From Eledone cirrhosa (Eukaryota): DNA of 64,000 nucleotides. The position numbers and the translations under genes were made by a program. Numbering within the stretch: position 1 is the stretch's first letter; every line of letters starts with the position of its first letter. A model generated the notes under the pieces. It ran no database searches. It was not told the origin of the DNA and saw only the letters and a list, made by a program, of their open reading frames with translations. Positions 32,556-51,310 of the stretch are shown here, one piece after another. The stretch lies in contig OZ024760.1 of assembly GCA_964016885.1 (NCBI GenBank), positions 868,001 to 932,000 of the forward strand, written 5' to 3'.

Positions 32556-32775
32556 TATATAAACCCGTAGAGCAGATTTCTTCCAGAAAAAGATAGAAAA
32601 TGAGAAAGAGGAAGAATCGAAATCAGTACTTGATTGGTAGTTATTTTTTATCGACCTCGAAAGGATGAAAGGCAAAGTTGACCTCGACGGGATTTGAACT
32701 CAGAGAGCAGAGAGTCAGAACGAATATTATAAAGCACTTTATCCGACGTTCTGACGCTCTGCCAATTCGCCTCCT
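32150..32775. mobile_element. Cluster of three Meta-like SINEs (32150-32368 +, 32370-32490 +, 32640-32775 -)
   Basis: B box and GCCTTTCATCC...GATAAAA domain in each. Confidence 0.8.
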
Positions 32776-32784
32776 TTTATATAC

Positions 32785-32873
<89 letters not shown>

Positions 32874-33180
32874 GACAAATAAAAAAAAATCAACAAATAA
32901 ATAAATAAATGCACAGATGATAAAGGCTGGGGAATTCTTTGACCCAAATTCTCAAAGAAAGCGATGTTACCCCCGTTTTTTTTTTTATATTTCTTTCTAT
33001 TCTTTGTGCACCCCTTTTGTTGCCAACATCCACCCGTCCTTCACACAGACCGCCCGCCCTGCTTACCTCCCCTTCCTATCTACCTCTCCCTACCTACTTT
33101 CTCCATTCTTCTACTTCTCCTTCTTCTGCCGTCAACTTCTCCAACCTCGTACCTTCTCACAATTTCTGTTCTTGTCCTCC

Positions 33181-33279
<99 letters not shown>

Positions 33280-33526
33280 CATATATATATACATACATAT
33301 GTATGTGCATATATGTGTATGTGTGAGCTTACATAAATGAAGAGTGGCTTGTATCTTCACCGAGTCTCTAGATACGCTACTTAATAAGCAGACGACCAAG
33401 GCAAGAGATTATTACGATGTCGACTCGACACAGGAATAGATGGCGCCCCAACACTCCCATAATGCACTGGAATACACATGTCATGCTGATAAGCTCCAAG
33501 TTACATACCGTACTCAATATGCGTTG

Positions 33527-33598
<72 letters not shown>

Positions 33599-33686
33599 TA
33601 TAAAATTATATATATATATGAATAAGATTTTACTACTTTAGACAAGTAAGACGATTATTTAACTTGGTGCAGTATACTTAAGGAAA

Positions 33687-33742
<56 letters not shown>

Positions 33743-34144
33743 ATATATATATATTTAATCCTGGTTGAACTCAGTCTCTAGGGAGGAAGAGTGTGGCCAA
33801 GCCTTTGAGCAGAACATGTACCAACACCTTGGACACAAAGACAAATACACATTGCCATTGGATTCACGGGGAAGAAGGACGAATCCACTTACTCGCAGGA
33901 TGTGGGATAGGCAGTAAAAAACGTCTCTTGCTGGTTATGGGTGCCAGGGAAAGATGCCCAGTGATTCGGTTATCATTTCTGACCCACCAGTAAGAGGATG
34001 TTACGGGTGAGGTTCGAAACCCCCAATGAATGTTGGACATCAAATCTTCCTGGCCATGGATATTGTTGTGGGAGAGTACGACCCCACCCTGGCAAGAATG
34101 GGATGGACCACTACATATAAATAGTAGCAACCTGAGTGAGTGGA

Positions 34145-34465
34145 AAAGTTGGTACTAGTTCCACAGCTTGTGTGTTGATAGTCAAAGTTGGTACTAGTTC
34201 TACAGTTCGTGTGTTGATAGTCAAAAGTTGGTACTAGTTCTACAGTTCGTGTGTTGATAGTCAAAAGTTGGTACTAGTTCTACAGTTCGTGTGTTGATAG
34301 TCAAAAGTTGATACTAGTTCTACAGTTCGTGTGTTGATAGTCAAAAGTTGGTACTAGTTCTACAGTTCGTGTGTTGATAGTCAAAAGTTGGTACTAGTTC
34401 TACAGTTCGTGTGTTGATAGCCAAAGTTGGTACTAGTTCCACAGTTTGTGTGTTGATAGTCAAAG
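34145..34465. repeat. 40-bp minisatellite, about 8 copies
   Basis: TCAAAAGTTGGTACTAGTTCTACAGTTCGTGTGTTGATAG. Confidence 0.95.
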
Positions 34466-34741
34466 CTGGAGTTGAAGTTCCCAGTTCAAGTTAGCACGTT
34501 AGATTGTTGGTTCTTAAAAGATTGTTGATTCGTTACGTGTGGATATTGCCGCTTGTTTCGATTATATTGTTATTACACTATTGCAGTGTATTCGTTTATC
34601 CATAAGGACATAACATCTATATCCACCAAAAGTCACAGTCGTCATCATTAGCCAGATACAATAAATCGAAGATAACTCGTAATAATTCGTTTCTCCAGAG
34701 TTGAAATTAGGAATTAAAATTTTGAAGGACTTTGGACAGAA

Positions 34742-34900
34742 AGCGGCGAATTTACAGAGTCGTTGGAATGTCGGATAGAATGCTTTGCTGTGTTCGTTTC
34801 GGCTCTCTATTTCTGAGTTCAAATCCTGCCGAGGTCAACTTTGTCTTTCATCCATTCGAGGTCGATAAAAAAATTACCAGTCAAGTACTGGGGTCGATTC
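34742..34900 (+). mobile_element. Older Meta-like SINE
   Basis: GAGTTCAAATCC...CTTTCATCCATTCGAGGTCGATAAAA. Confidence 0.75.
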
Positions 34901-35613
34901 TTCATTTATATCTCTTTCTCATTTCCTCTCTCTCACTTACTATCTTTCTCTAGAAGAAATCTGCTGTACTCAAGGTCGATGAAAAAATTAGTAGTCAAGT
35001 ACTGGGGTCAATTCTCCCTCCGTGTCTCTTTCTCATTTCCATTCTCTCCCTCTTCCTACCCTCCTCTGGAAGAGATCTGCTGTATTCTGACCTGGAGAGG
35101 ATTGGGCCCCGTCAGGTTTTAAAAAAATGTCCTAGAATTGCCGTATGTCAGTACGGTGCTGCTACAGCTCCATTAGGAGTTACGAAACCTTGGATGCATC
35201 CATATATAGAATACATAGACAAGGTGGAGAAATCTAACGGAGAACTACCACAGAAAATACCAAAGGTAAATTTATATACTTTCAGGGTCGCTAGTATCTG
35301 CCACACCTGACTATATATATATACATATATGGCTAATTACATAACGTACATTTACAGCTGTGGTATATACAAGTAGATCGGGAGTGGAGGTAGCTTCATT
35401 ACAGACCTATTTGACTGTAATGTCGTATTATGAAAGAATGAGCCCTCGATATGGAAATATATGCATTCTTGATAAGGGTTCGTAATCTTCATTATCAGAT
35501 TAGATATATTGAAGGTAAGACATAACATGGTGTACCTACAAATTTTTATAATAGAGAATGAGTACCCTTACCAAAAATGTCTATGAAACTTGCAAGTTAT
35601 AAAAGTGTGTGTG

Positions 35614-35644
<31 letters not shown>

Positions 35645-35663
35645 ATATATATATATAAATATG

Positions 35664-35713
<50 letters not shown>

Positions 35714-35777
35714 CATATATATATATATAAATATACAATATTAAATAAATGGAAAACTATATTTATAAAACCATATT

Positions 35778-35843
35778 TATTTCATTATATATATTTCGGG
35801 GATATCATATTAACAATATGCTATGCCTTCATCAGACAAAATA
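35778..35843 (-). ncRNA. Type I HHR in TA-flanked element (about 35730-36090)
   Basis: TATTTTGT-CTGATGA-AGG...CATATT/AATATG...CCC-GAAAT-ATAT-ATA-ATGAAATA. Confidence 0.75.
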
Positions 35844-36116
35844 CAATATAAACAGTTTTATAGATAAATATATTCGACATACCGTAATAAACATCAACTT
35901 CATTTGAAGAGGTTTACGCTAGCAGTGAAAATACAGAGAGAAAGAAAGAGAGAAAGAAAAGAGGGAAAATATTGTATTTAATATTGTATTTAATATTGTA
36001 AATATACTCCAAATATTTGTCGAGTGCTTTTATATCAGTTATAAATATTTACTAGTTGTAACCCAACAATTTTAAATATAACTTTACATGTATATATAAA
36101 TATATATATATATATT

Positions 36117-36315
<199 letters not shown>

Positions 36316-36348
36316 ATTTATATATATTTATATACATATATATATATA

Positions 36349-36441
<93 letters not shown>

Positions 36442-36443
<2 letters not shown>

Positions 36444-36695
36444 CACCACCGATGATGTTGCAGATGTGCAACGAAAGATTTATGTAAATTATGTAAACTA
36501 TATATATGTGTTTGTGTCTATATTGTATCTGTATTATTTTTGACCGTCGGTCAGTCAATGGCAACATTGAGGACCGAGTAAGTTAGATTACAGATATAAA
36601 AGACAGCGAGAAGCGAAAACCAACCAAACAGTGAGTGTGTTCTGTTATTAATTCTGGCAATATTATGCAAATATGACCCTCCCCAAGTATAACAA
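36442..36695 (-). mobile_element. SINE-free copy of the GGGGAGGGTCAT-end family
   Basis: Reverse-complement homolog of 37036-37480 without the SINE. Confidence 0.7.
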
Positions 36696-36705
36696 TATAT
36701 ATATT

Positions 36706-36736
<31 letters not shown>

Positions 36737-36751
36737 ATATTTATATATATT

Positions 36752-36814
<63 letters not shown>

Positions 36815-36819
<5 letters not shown>

Positions 36820-37015
36820 TGTAATAAACAACATAAGATAATTATTTCATTTACCAAAGGTTTCACGAAGGCAGACGTAAGTGTCAAGCTCGTCTGTCTT
36901 CGAGAAACCTTTGGTAAATGAAATAATTATCTTATGTTGTTTATTACATAACTAAAAAGCTCTGTAGTCTACATAGAGCACTCTCTTTTCCTTTAACTTT
37001 GCTACGGAAATACTT
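36815..37015. mobile_element. Palindromic element carrying the HHR 3' half plus tail
   Basis: Inverted repeat 36815-36950 with GAAACC-TTT-GGTA; tail matches the reverse complement of 25453-25500. Confidence 0.75.
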
Positions 37016-37035
37016 TATATATATATATATATATA

Positions 37036-37593
37036 GTTATATTTGGGGAGGGTCATATTGTTATAATATTGCCAGCCAATATTGCCAGACATAATAATTG
37101 TTTCTACTTTTGGCACAAGGCCAGCACTTACCCAGTGCATTACTGGTACTTTATTTTATCTACCCCGTAAGAATGAAAGGCAAAGTTAACCTTGGCGGGA
37201 TTTGAACTCAGACCGTAAAGGAACGTAACTATGCTGGAAAGTATGGCGTCCGACCTTCTACTGATACTGCCAACCCCCCGTCAGACATAATAATAGAACA
37301 CACTCACTGTTTAGTTAGGGTTGGTTTTCGCTTCTGTATCTTTTACATCTCCATAGTTAATTTATCTGGCAATCAATGTTTATCATTGATTGACCAACAG
37401 TTAAAAATACAGATATAAATATATATAGTCTATCAAAGTTCTTTCGTCACACATCTGTGACAATATCAGTGGTACTATTATGTTTCCTCTCGTTGTATTG
37501 TAATGTCTACGCCATTATATTATAACAATATCACCCTCCCCAAATATAACAATATTCGTTTCAACACACGATTTCATATCAAAAACCTTGCAA

Positions 37594-37600
<7 letters not shown>
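37036..37600. mobile_element. Element with about 34-bp terminal inverted repeats and a one-sided tail, containing a minus-strand SINE (37095-37281)
   Basis: GTTATATTTGGGGAGGGTCATATTGTTATAATAT versus 37517-37550; SINE TSD CAGACATAATAAT at 37086 and 37282. Confidence 0.75.
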
Positions 37601-37649
<49 letters not shown>

Positions 37650-37654
<5 letters not shown>

Positions 37655-38143
37655 TATTTTCCGTTGTGTTGTAATATAAATATTACACACAGTAGATTGA
37701 CAGCTCACGTAGAGTTTGCTCGACGGTTCCAGTTGTAGTTCCAAAAGTAATCCGGAGAAAAATAGAAAGATTTGAATGGATACAGTTTAGTTGAAAGGAA
37801 TTTATTGACACGTGTTTCTATAACAGTTACATAACCTGAAAACAGCTGCTATCTACAAAGTTTTAGTTATGCAGACATTCAATATTTCAATGTTATTATT
37901 TACTGTCATTTCATCAGAATAATATTACTGAGGACCTATTTGGTTATATTCTCTATAAAAACCAAATAGGTCCTCAGTAATATTATTCTGATGAAATGAC
38001 AGTAAATAATAACATTGAAATATTGAATGTCTGCATAACTAAAACTTTGTAGATAGCAGCTGTTTTCAGGTTATGTAACTGTTATAGAAACACGTGTCAA
38101 TAAATTCCTTTCAACTAAACTGTATCCATTCAAATCTTTCTAT
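37650..38143. mobile_element. Palindromic element with about 183-bp arms and a complete HHR in each arm
   Basis: Arms 37762-37945 and 37959-38143 appear identical; about 110-bp left tail; (TA)n flanks. Confidence 0.9.
37983..38103 (+). ncRNA. Type I HHR with long stem II insertion (mirror copy 37802-37922, minus strand)
   Basis: TTATT-CTGATGA-A-ATGACAG...CTGTTAT-A-GAAAC-ACGT-GTC-AATAA. Confidence 0.85.
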
Positions 38144-38162
38144 ATATATATATATATATATA

Positions 38163-38762
38163 TAAACGGAAAAAATGAAACGAAATTTCATTTCCCACTC
38201 TTAGTACGGCTGTTACTTAAATATAAGTATGTACACGTACATTCATATATGTATACAGACATACAGTAATATGTATATATATATATACATACATGCACAC
38301 ATATATATATGTACGTATGGATTCACCGAACATTTATTATAATGCTCGGTGTGTTTGTAAACAAACATCTCGTATTAAGCCGTAGTGTCTAGCAACCATC
38401 GTTGCTCGTTTGTTCAACACTGACAAAGGAACGCTGTACTAGTTTCAAGCTTATTAGCTATCGTCAGCAACGTATACCTTCCTGCCAGATTGTTACGTAC
38501 ATATATATATATGTGTGCATGTATGTATAAATATATATACATACTACTGTACGTCTGTATACATATATGTATGTACGTGTACATACTTATATTTAAGTAA
38601 CAGCCGTACTAGGAGTGGGAAATGAAATTTCGTTTCATTTTTCCGTTTATCGTTTTCGGTGCACCCGGCCGATTAACCCACTCGATATGCAAATTGGGCT
38701 ACTCAGCCGCTAATATGCATAAGGTAAGTATATACGTTCAACAATCTGGCAGGAAGGTATAC
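38163..38762. mobile_element. Complex inverted-repeat element with an internal HHR
   Basis: Arms 38163-38318 and 38494-38650; second inversion 38740-38762 versus 38472-38494. Confidence 0.75.
38431..38473 (-). ncRNA. Minimal type I HHR
   Basis: ACGTTG-CTGACGA-T-AGCT-AATA-AGCT-T-GAAAC-TA-GTA-CAGCGT. Confidence 0.75.
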
Positions 38763-38848
38763 CCCGACCGCAAAGATAGCCGTCGAAACGGCTTGAACTC
38801 TGCCGTCGGGGTCTTGAACATTTTCCTATATCTATAATCATAGATATA

Positions 38849-39080
38849 TAAATAAAATAACAGGAGGCTTGACTGGTGTAAATCCTTGAAAGGTTTGTAT
38901 AATAAACCTTTCAAGGATTTACACCAGTCCAGCCTCCTGTTATTTTATTTATAATTAACTCCGTATTCGCAACACCAACTACACAAACGACGGGTGAACT
39001 ACGTTGAGTACTCTCCACAATATTACACCAAGATTGACCAATTCTATCCAGTGGTGAACCAACAAACCTAAAGAAATACA
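38849..39080. mobile_element. Palindromic element with tail, no HHR retained
   Basis: Inverted repeat 38849-38951; tail with TTGAGTAC; tail end TTCTATCCAKTGGTGAACCA also near 43135. Confidence 0.65.
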
Positions 39081-41154
39081 TATATATATATATATATGAG
39101 AGAAAGTGCGAGAACTTAAAATTAAAATTGGTACAATTACTCCAAAGTTCTTTCTGTCTTTGAGCATAGAAACCAGGCAGCACGTGCGATGGTTGAGTAC
39201 TATAGGACTAACTCTCACTCTAAGAACACAAGAAATCTCGAAACTTTTTCTTTTTTGCTTTTGTAGACTAAAAACAACACGACTCTCTTCCCCCGTCAGC
39301 TTTTACCAACTGCCAAACTACTGCTTCTCTACTGCAAAGCTACTGAAAACAGACTGCTGTTGCTGCTGAATGCCGAGGCATTCACCAGCAGTAGCAGTCA
39401 TCGTGGTGGTGATAGTGTTGATGATGGTGGTGGTGGTGGTGGTTGTACTGCCGGCAGACTCTCTAAGCTGCTGCTGCTGTTGTTGTTAATGCTACTCTTT
39501 GCTACCACCTCTGTGTCAATAGTAGCATGCTCCCATTAGTCGCGTGCGTTGCTCCTCTCACAACCTACATCTCTTCCCACTCCTCCCTGTAGCTCTCGTG
39601 CGCGCGCGCCTCCTCTCCCTCTTTCTATATTTATATATTATTATATCATTCTCTCACTCTCTCTATCATTTACTGTCTTCCTCTCTCATTGTAACTATCT
39701 CTTCCTACTCCCCGCTTTAGCTTAGGCGCGCGCTCTTATTCCCTCACTTACTCTTACTCTATCACTCTCCTCTCTTTGTTTTCTTATTCTTTCTCTTACA
39801 CTCTCTCTCTTTCGTACTTTCTATTCTTTTCTACTACTCCTTATCGCTTCGTTAATTTAACTTTGTTTCTTTATCTCTCTCCCTCCCCTTCTCGTTATAC
39901 TCTTTCTCTTTTTCCCCCTCTCTTTAACGCTTACGCTTGTTTTACGTCCTCTCATTGTGATTCTTAGTCTCTCTAACTCTATCTCTCTCTCTAGCTTACC
40001 TTAACCTCCCCTTCTATTTTACACACGAACACTCCGTCATTATTTCTTTCTCTATCGAAATTTCCCTCTCTTAAATCATACCATTTCTCCCTCTACCTTT
40101 TTCACCCCTCTTACTATAAACTCTTCTATTCGCTCTTCTTTTTCCCCCCCTTCTCACTGTCTTTCTATACATAAATATATATATATACACACACACACAT
40201 ATATTTTTATATATATACACATATACATAGTTATACACACTCACACACATACATATATAGATATATATATTTTATATATATTTTTGTATGTATATACATA
40301 TACATATTATTGTTTTTATATGCAAGTGACAATTGTGTGTGTATTACAGTGGAAAAAAATATACAAAGGACGGATTTTTACAATTATATATACACACACA
40401 TTGTCTTTGATATAGATAAAGCTAAAAACAATATTGTATATATATACATACATATATATATGTTTGTATGTATATATAATTTCTAAAAATATACGCTCAA
40501 ACTCAGGTTAGTATAATTTCCGAAACTGTTGTTTAGAAGTTGTAGTCTTGTCTTTAAAACCATGTGTTTTCGTGTGTATATAAATATATGTATATATGAT
40601 ATATATGATATATATGTAGTGATTATATCACCTGTATGTGTGTATATATATATATGTGTGTGTCTGTGTGTGTGGAAATATGAATATATGTCACTGTGTG
40701 TGTATATATATGTATATTTGTGGGTATGTGTGTATATATATATATATGTGTGTGTGTGTGGAAATATGAATATATATCTCTGTGTGTGTGTATATATATA
40801 TGTATACATGGGTAGATATATATATGTGGGTATGTGTAGATGTATATATATGTGTGTGGGTATGTGTACATATGTATGTATATATATGTGTGTGTGTGTG
40901 GGTTGGGTATTTATATATATGTATATGTCTATATAATATGGGTATATATATGTGACTATAATATAGATGTATGTGTAATGTTTGTGTCACCCTAACTGTT
41001 TGTAGGTGTAGAAATGGACATAGAAGTAAAGCGATCGGGGGTGTATATATATATATACCTGGCCATGTGCGTTTGTGTATATATATCATATTTGCCTCAA
41101 CGTGTGTATGTCACTACATATGTAATTTAAGTTTATATATGGCTCTTACGTGTG

Positions 41155-41205
<51 letters not shown>

Positions 41206-41409
41206 CGATATATATATATATATAATATACACCCATATATTAATCAATGTGTATGTGTAATGTTACATATATTTATCACTCTTTAATATATATCTATCTA
41301 TATATATCATCGTGTATATCCCATCGTGTACATCGTATATATATATATATCTCTATATATATAGTGTTTTTGTGTGTATAATCTATTTTCACGTGTTCAT
41401 CTATATAAC

Positions 41410-41457
<48 letters not shown>

Positions 41458-41601
41458 ATAATAAATCGTCTTTTACATCCGTTGTTGTTGTTTAATTACC
41501 ATACCCTCAAGTCTGTGTACAACATCATCCTTGTGTGAATATATATATACATTTATACATACATGTGTATATACGTGTGACTTCGAGTATTCCTCTCAAG
41601 G

Positions 41602-41639
<38 letters not shown>

Positions 41640-41753
41640 ATATATAGATCGCTTTTTTATGTGTATCTTTCATATTATACGTATTGCTTTTATATGTCTT
41701 TACAAACGAGTGTATATATATATAAGCATAAGTGTATATACGTATCTGTGTGT

Positions 41754-41785
<32 letters not shown>

Positions 41786-41950
41786 GTATATATATATTTA
41801 TATATATATACGTAGGTATACGATTGTTTATCTGTTCTATGAGCTTCCATTTCTTCGTTCGTTCATTCCCTCATTCCTTCATTCGTTCGTTCAGTCTCTC
41901 ATTCTCGTAACCTCCTTTTTTCCTACTTGTTACACAAAATATACATACGT

Positions 41951-41986
<36 letters not shown>

Positions 41987-42108
41987 ACGTATATATATAT
42001 ATATATATATATAAAGTAAATAGAAATAACAAGGCAAACGACAGAGTACAATGAAGAAATATATTAGTTTAACCCTTGAAATAATAGGAAAAACATCGTA
42101 ATGTTTCT

Positions 42109-42179
<71 letters not shown>

Positions 42180-42518
42180 CTGTGTGTATGTGTATGTTTA
42201 TATGTTTGGGTACAAACGAAAGAAAAGAACAATCAACACAAATGTGATCGACTACTTTTTATCTTTTGTATTTGTATTATCAATAACGGTTTTGTGACCT
42301 TAAATACTTATTATTTTATACACAGACATATATACGTGTATATATATATATATATATATATATAGACGGGTTATTTGCATGTTGATATTGATGGGGTTGG
42401 GGTGGCGAGAGAAGGTGTTTTTTGGAACAGATGCTTCGTCTTGCGTGGAATCCAATTTTAAGTCGGTTCCACAAACATTGTGCAATATATATACATACAA
42501 GAAACGTCCTCATTGCCT

Positions 42519-42565
<47 letters not shown>

Positions 42566-42569
<4 letters not shown>

Positions 42570-42656
42570 GTGTGGTAAGGAACCAGGTGGACCATAACGC
42601 ATTCGGATCTAGCTGTCGAAACGGCAGGAGCTCAGCCGTCTGGCTCCTGACTCTTT

Positions 42657-42661
<5 letters not shown>
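42566..42661. mobile_element. Internally deleted family A element
   Basis: GTGGTAAGGAACCAGGTGGACCATAACGC joined to GAAACGGC...GCCGTC. Confidence 0.7.
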
Positions 42662-42709
<48 letters not shown>

Positions 42710-43216
42710 GCCCAAGAGGAACGGAATGGGACTGCAGTTAATTGAAGTACTCGATGCATCAAGTATCGAACGTACATGGTTCATTTCAGATAGAAATAAA
42801 TGACACCTACGAGACTAGAAGTGTTTCGTTCATTTGAAATCATCTGGTATGTCAGACAATTTTGGCCAATTTTCCCCCCACCTCCCTAAATTCTCATTTT
42901 TTCTTCTCCTTGACCCTAGAATTGAGCACAATTATCTAATATTCGAACGAAACAGTTGTGATCCTCTAGTCATTTCTATTTGAAACAGATACACACATGT
43001 GCATGTATGTATGTATATATATATATATATATATATATTAATTTAGGATTCAACATAACGGTGGATGAGTTGTTGTATGACGTAGAGTGCTTTTTCTACT
43101 ATTACATCACGGCTAACTTAACTGAATGACCTGTTCTATCCATTGGTGAACCATAAAACAGAAATGTATATATATATATATATATATATATACAAATATA
43201 AATTCAACGAGAATCG

Positions 43217-43251
<35 letters not shown>

Positions 43252-44032
43252 TACACATATATATGTATATGGCAGAAGTGTTAAGGTGTCACTCGGGCAA
43301 AGTGCCTTGTGGTATTTATTCCGGCTCTTTGTTTCGTTTTTCTCTCAAGTCACGACAGTGAGTCGATAAACAAATAGAAATGTCTGTCTATACTAATCAA
43401 TAACGGAGTGGTTGACACTCCTTCGTTTCTTCATTTCTAATATTTTTTTCTTGAAGGAATTTAGAAATTCGATATCTTAACTTTCTCATTATCATGCTAG
43501 TGTTTGGAACATAGCTTAACAAAGGTTCTTAGATAGAATTATGACCGAAGATTTCTTTTTGTCGATAAATATAAATACTTTAAAACAAGTAGCTTTGTAT
43601 CAGTGGTTTGGTATTAAAATAGTTAAGTTGGTGTTTGGAACATAGCTTAAAAGTTCTTACGTAGAATTTATGATTGAAGGTATTTTTTGAGGGTTTTCCC
43701 CGATAAATATTGTTTAAAATAAGCAGCTTTGTACTGTACGTAGAAATAGTCGATTTCTGGAGGTTTGGTATCGAAATACTCTTGTTAAATTGGTATTTGG
43801 ATCGTATTGGACTTCGTCATTCATTCGTGTTGGACAATAACAGCAATGGCATGGATAGAGCGAAGGGGAGAAAGAGGGGGGCACCTGTCACGTTTGCATG
43901 ACGGACAGCTGTTACGTCCTTCCATAGAATACCTACATACAACATTGATTTGTACGGTGGAGAAAACATTTAGATGTGGTGTCATCCATCAACTCCCCTT
44001 TTACCAAAACACAAACATAAACACAGATATCT

Positions 44033-44252
44033 GTTGGCAGTGATCGGTAGAGCGTCGAATACCATGCTTTGCAGCATATAGTTGCAGCCCTTTACGATCT
44101 GAGTTCAAATCCCGCCGAGGTTAACTTTTTGCCTTTCATCCTTACTGGGTCGATAAAATAAAGCACTAGTAACGTACTGGGGATCGATTTAATCGACTCA
44201 CTGCCCCCCCCCCCCCCGGATTGCTGGCCTTCTGCCTATACTAGAACTCATT
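44033..44252 (+). mobile_element. Meta-like SINE, long variant
   Basis: A box TGGCAGTGATCGG, B box and central domain. Confidence 0.85.
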
Positions 44253-44259
44253 AAAAAGA

Positions 44260-44600
44260 GAAACGACTTGTACATGACTAGTACTGTTTCATTCGTATGA
44301 AATCATTTCTGTATATAACAAAAGAAAATGATTATAGGCTACTAATGTATTGAGTAATTTTTTAACTGTGGTAAGCCCCAAACACGACTCGGGGAATCTC
44401 TCTCTATATATATATATAAGTTTATCCCGGGTTCAATCGGGGGGTTAACCACAGTAAGTAAAGTACTCAATACATAGCAGAGTGTAAGTATTTAATATAG
44501 AAATGTCTTCTCCAGGACGAGAACTGTTTCTTCATACGGGAGAATGGTTTCTGCCGAATGAAACAGTTCTAGTCCTGTAGAAGCCATTTCTATATTAAGT
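44260..44600. mobile_element. Two copies of the GAAACAGTTCTAGTC family, the second palindromic
   Basis: Inverted repeat 44492-44598; tails 44340-44395 and 44425-44490 are inverted homologs. Confidence 0.65.
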
Positions 44601-44630
44601 ATATCTATCTATCTCTATATTATGTGTATG

Positions 44631-44728
<98 letters not shown>

Positions 44729-44872
44729 ATATATATATATATATGTGTATGGGTGTGTGTATATATACACATACATAGTTGATACGAATGAGGATAAGAT
44801 TTTCTTCTTGGTATTTGTGTTTTCATTGCCCTGCACATGGCACATACTACGGTTATATATATGTGTATGTAT

Positions 44873-44914
<42 letters not shown>

Positions 44915-45049
44915 GTATAGCATATTCCGAAGATGTTGCCGAAATTGTTGTGATTCTCCCCTCGCCTTGTTGACAGCTGATGAAGGGGGTGTCCCGCAGT
45001 GCAAGCTGTGTATGTAAAATAATATATATAAAATATGTCTGACATAAGT

Positions 45050-50170
<5,121 letters not shown>

Positions 50171-50340
50171 TGTTATACTTTGGGAGGGTCAAATTCAAAT
50201 TTAAAAACGAATTATGTATATATATAAATATATATGTATGTATGTATATATATGTATGTGTATATATGTATATTTATTTATGTATGTATATATGTATTTA
50301 AATTAACCCTAACCCTATATGTATATAAATATATATATGC

Positions 50341-50394
<54 letters not shown>

Positions 50395-50639
50395 ATGTGT
50401 GTGTGTGTGTGTGTATTAATATATGTGTGTGTGTGTGTATTAATATATGTGTGTGTGTGTGTATTAATATATATGTGTGTGTGTGTATTAATATATGTGT
50501 GTGTGTGTATTAATGTGTGTGTGTGTGTCTGTGTATTAATATATGTGTGTGTGTATTAATATATATATGTATATGCTTATGTATATGCATATATATATAT
50601 GAATATGCATATATATATATGTGTGTGTGTGTGTGTGTA

Positions 50640-50995
50640 TTAATATATATAGAGTTAGGGTTAATATATATACATATATAACTCTAAATATACATATATA
50701 TATTTATATATATAACCCTAAACCTATATATATATATATATATATATATGCATATACATATATATATGCATATGCTCATATATAGTGTTAGGGTTAATAT
50801 ATATACATATATAACTCTAAATATACATATATATATTTATATATATAACCCTAAACCTATATATATATATATATATATATGCATATACATATATATATGC
50901 ATATGCTCATATATAGTGTTAGGGTTAATATATATACATATATAACTCTAAATATACATATATATATATTTATATATATAACCCTAAACCTATAT
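50640..50995. repeat. About 132-bp tandem unit with TTAGGGTTA...TAACCCTAA inverted motifs, 3 copies
   Basis: Direct reading. Confidence 0.75.
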
Positions 50996-51014
50996 ATATA
51001 TATATATATATATA

Positions 51015-51279
51015 GCCGAAACAAATGAGGTTGTGTAGGTGTCACGACAAAAAAACACACAGTCCACGCTGTAATGTGGCCGTGTAGGCAACACGGTAAG
51101 AACCTCCCAGACCCACACTGTAAATGTGGTTGGTGTTAGGAAGGGCATCCAGCTGTAGAAAACCTGCCAGACAGTCCTATGCGAGCATGACAATCACTCT
51201 TGCCTCAAGTGGGACTACCCCCGTCCAAACCCATGCAAGCGTGGAACACGGACGTTAAACGTTGATGATGATGATGATG

Positions 51280-51280
<1 letters not shown>
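51015..51280 (+). mobile_element. SINE of a second family with (GAT)n tail
   Basis: GTGGTTGGTGTTAGGAAGGGCATCCAGCTGTAGAAA...ACCCATGC...GGACGTTAAA(GAT)n; related ends at 52490, 53265, 56250 and 62318. Confidence 0.75.

Positions 51281-51310
<30 letters not shown>

Noticed and set aside
34145-34465. Possible CRISPR array
   Set aside because: Contiguous 40-bp tandem with no unique spacers; eukaryotic context
44974-45015. ACAG-CTGATGA-AGGGG possible HHR
   Set aside because: No GAAA follows the stem II candidate
50300-50995. Telomeric TTAGGG array
   Set aside because: Only one or two units at a time within a TA-rich tandem
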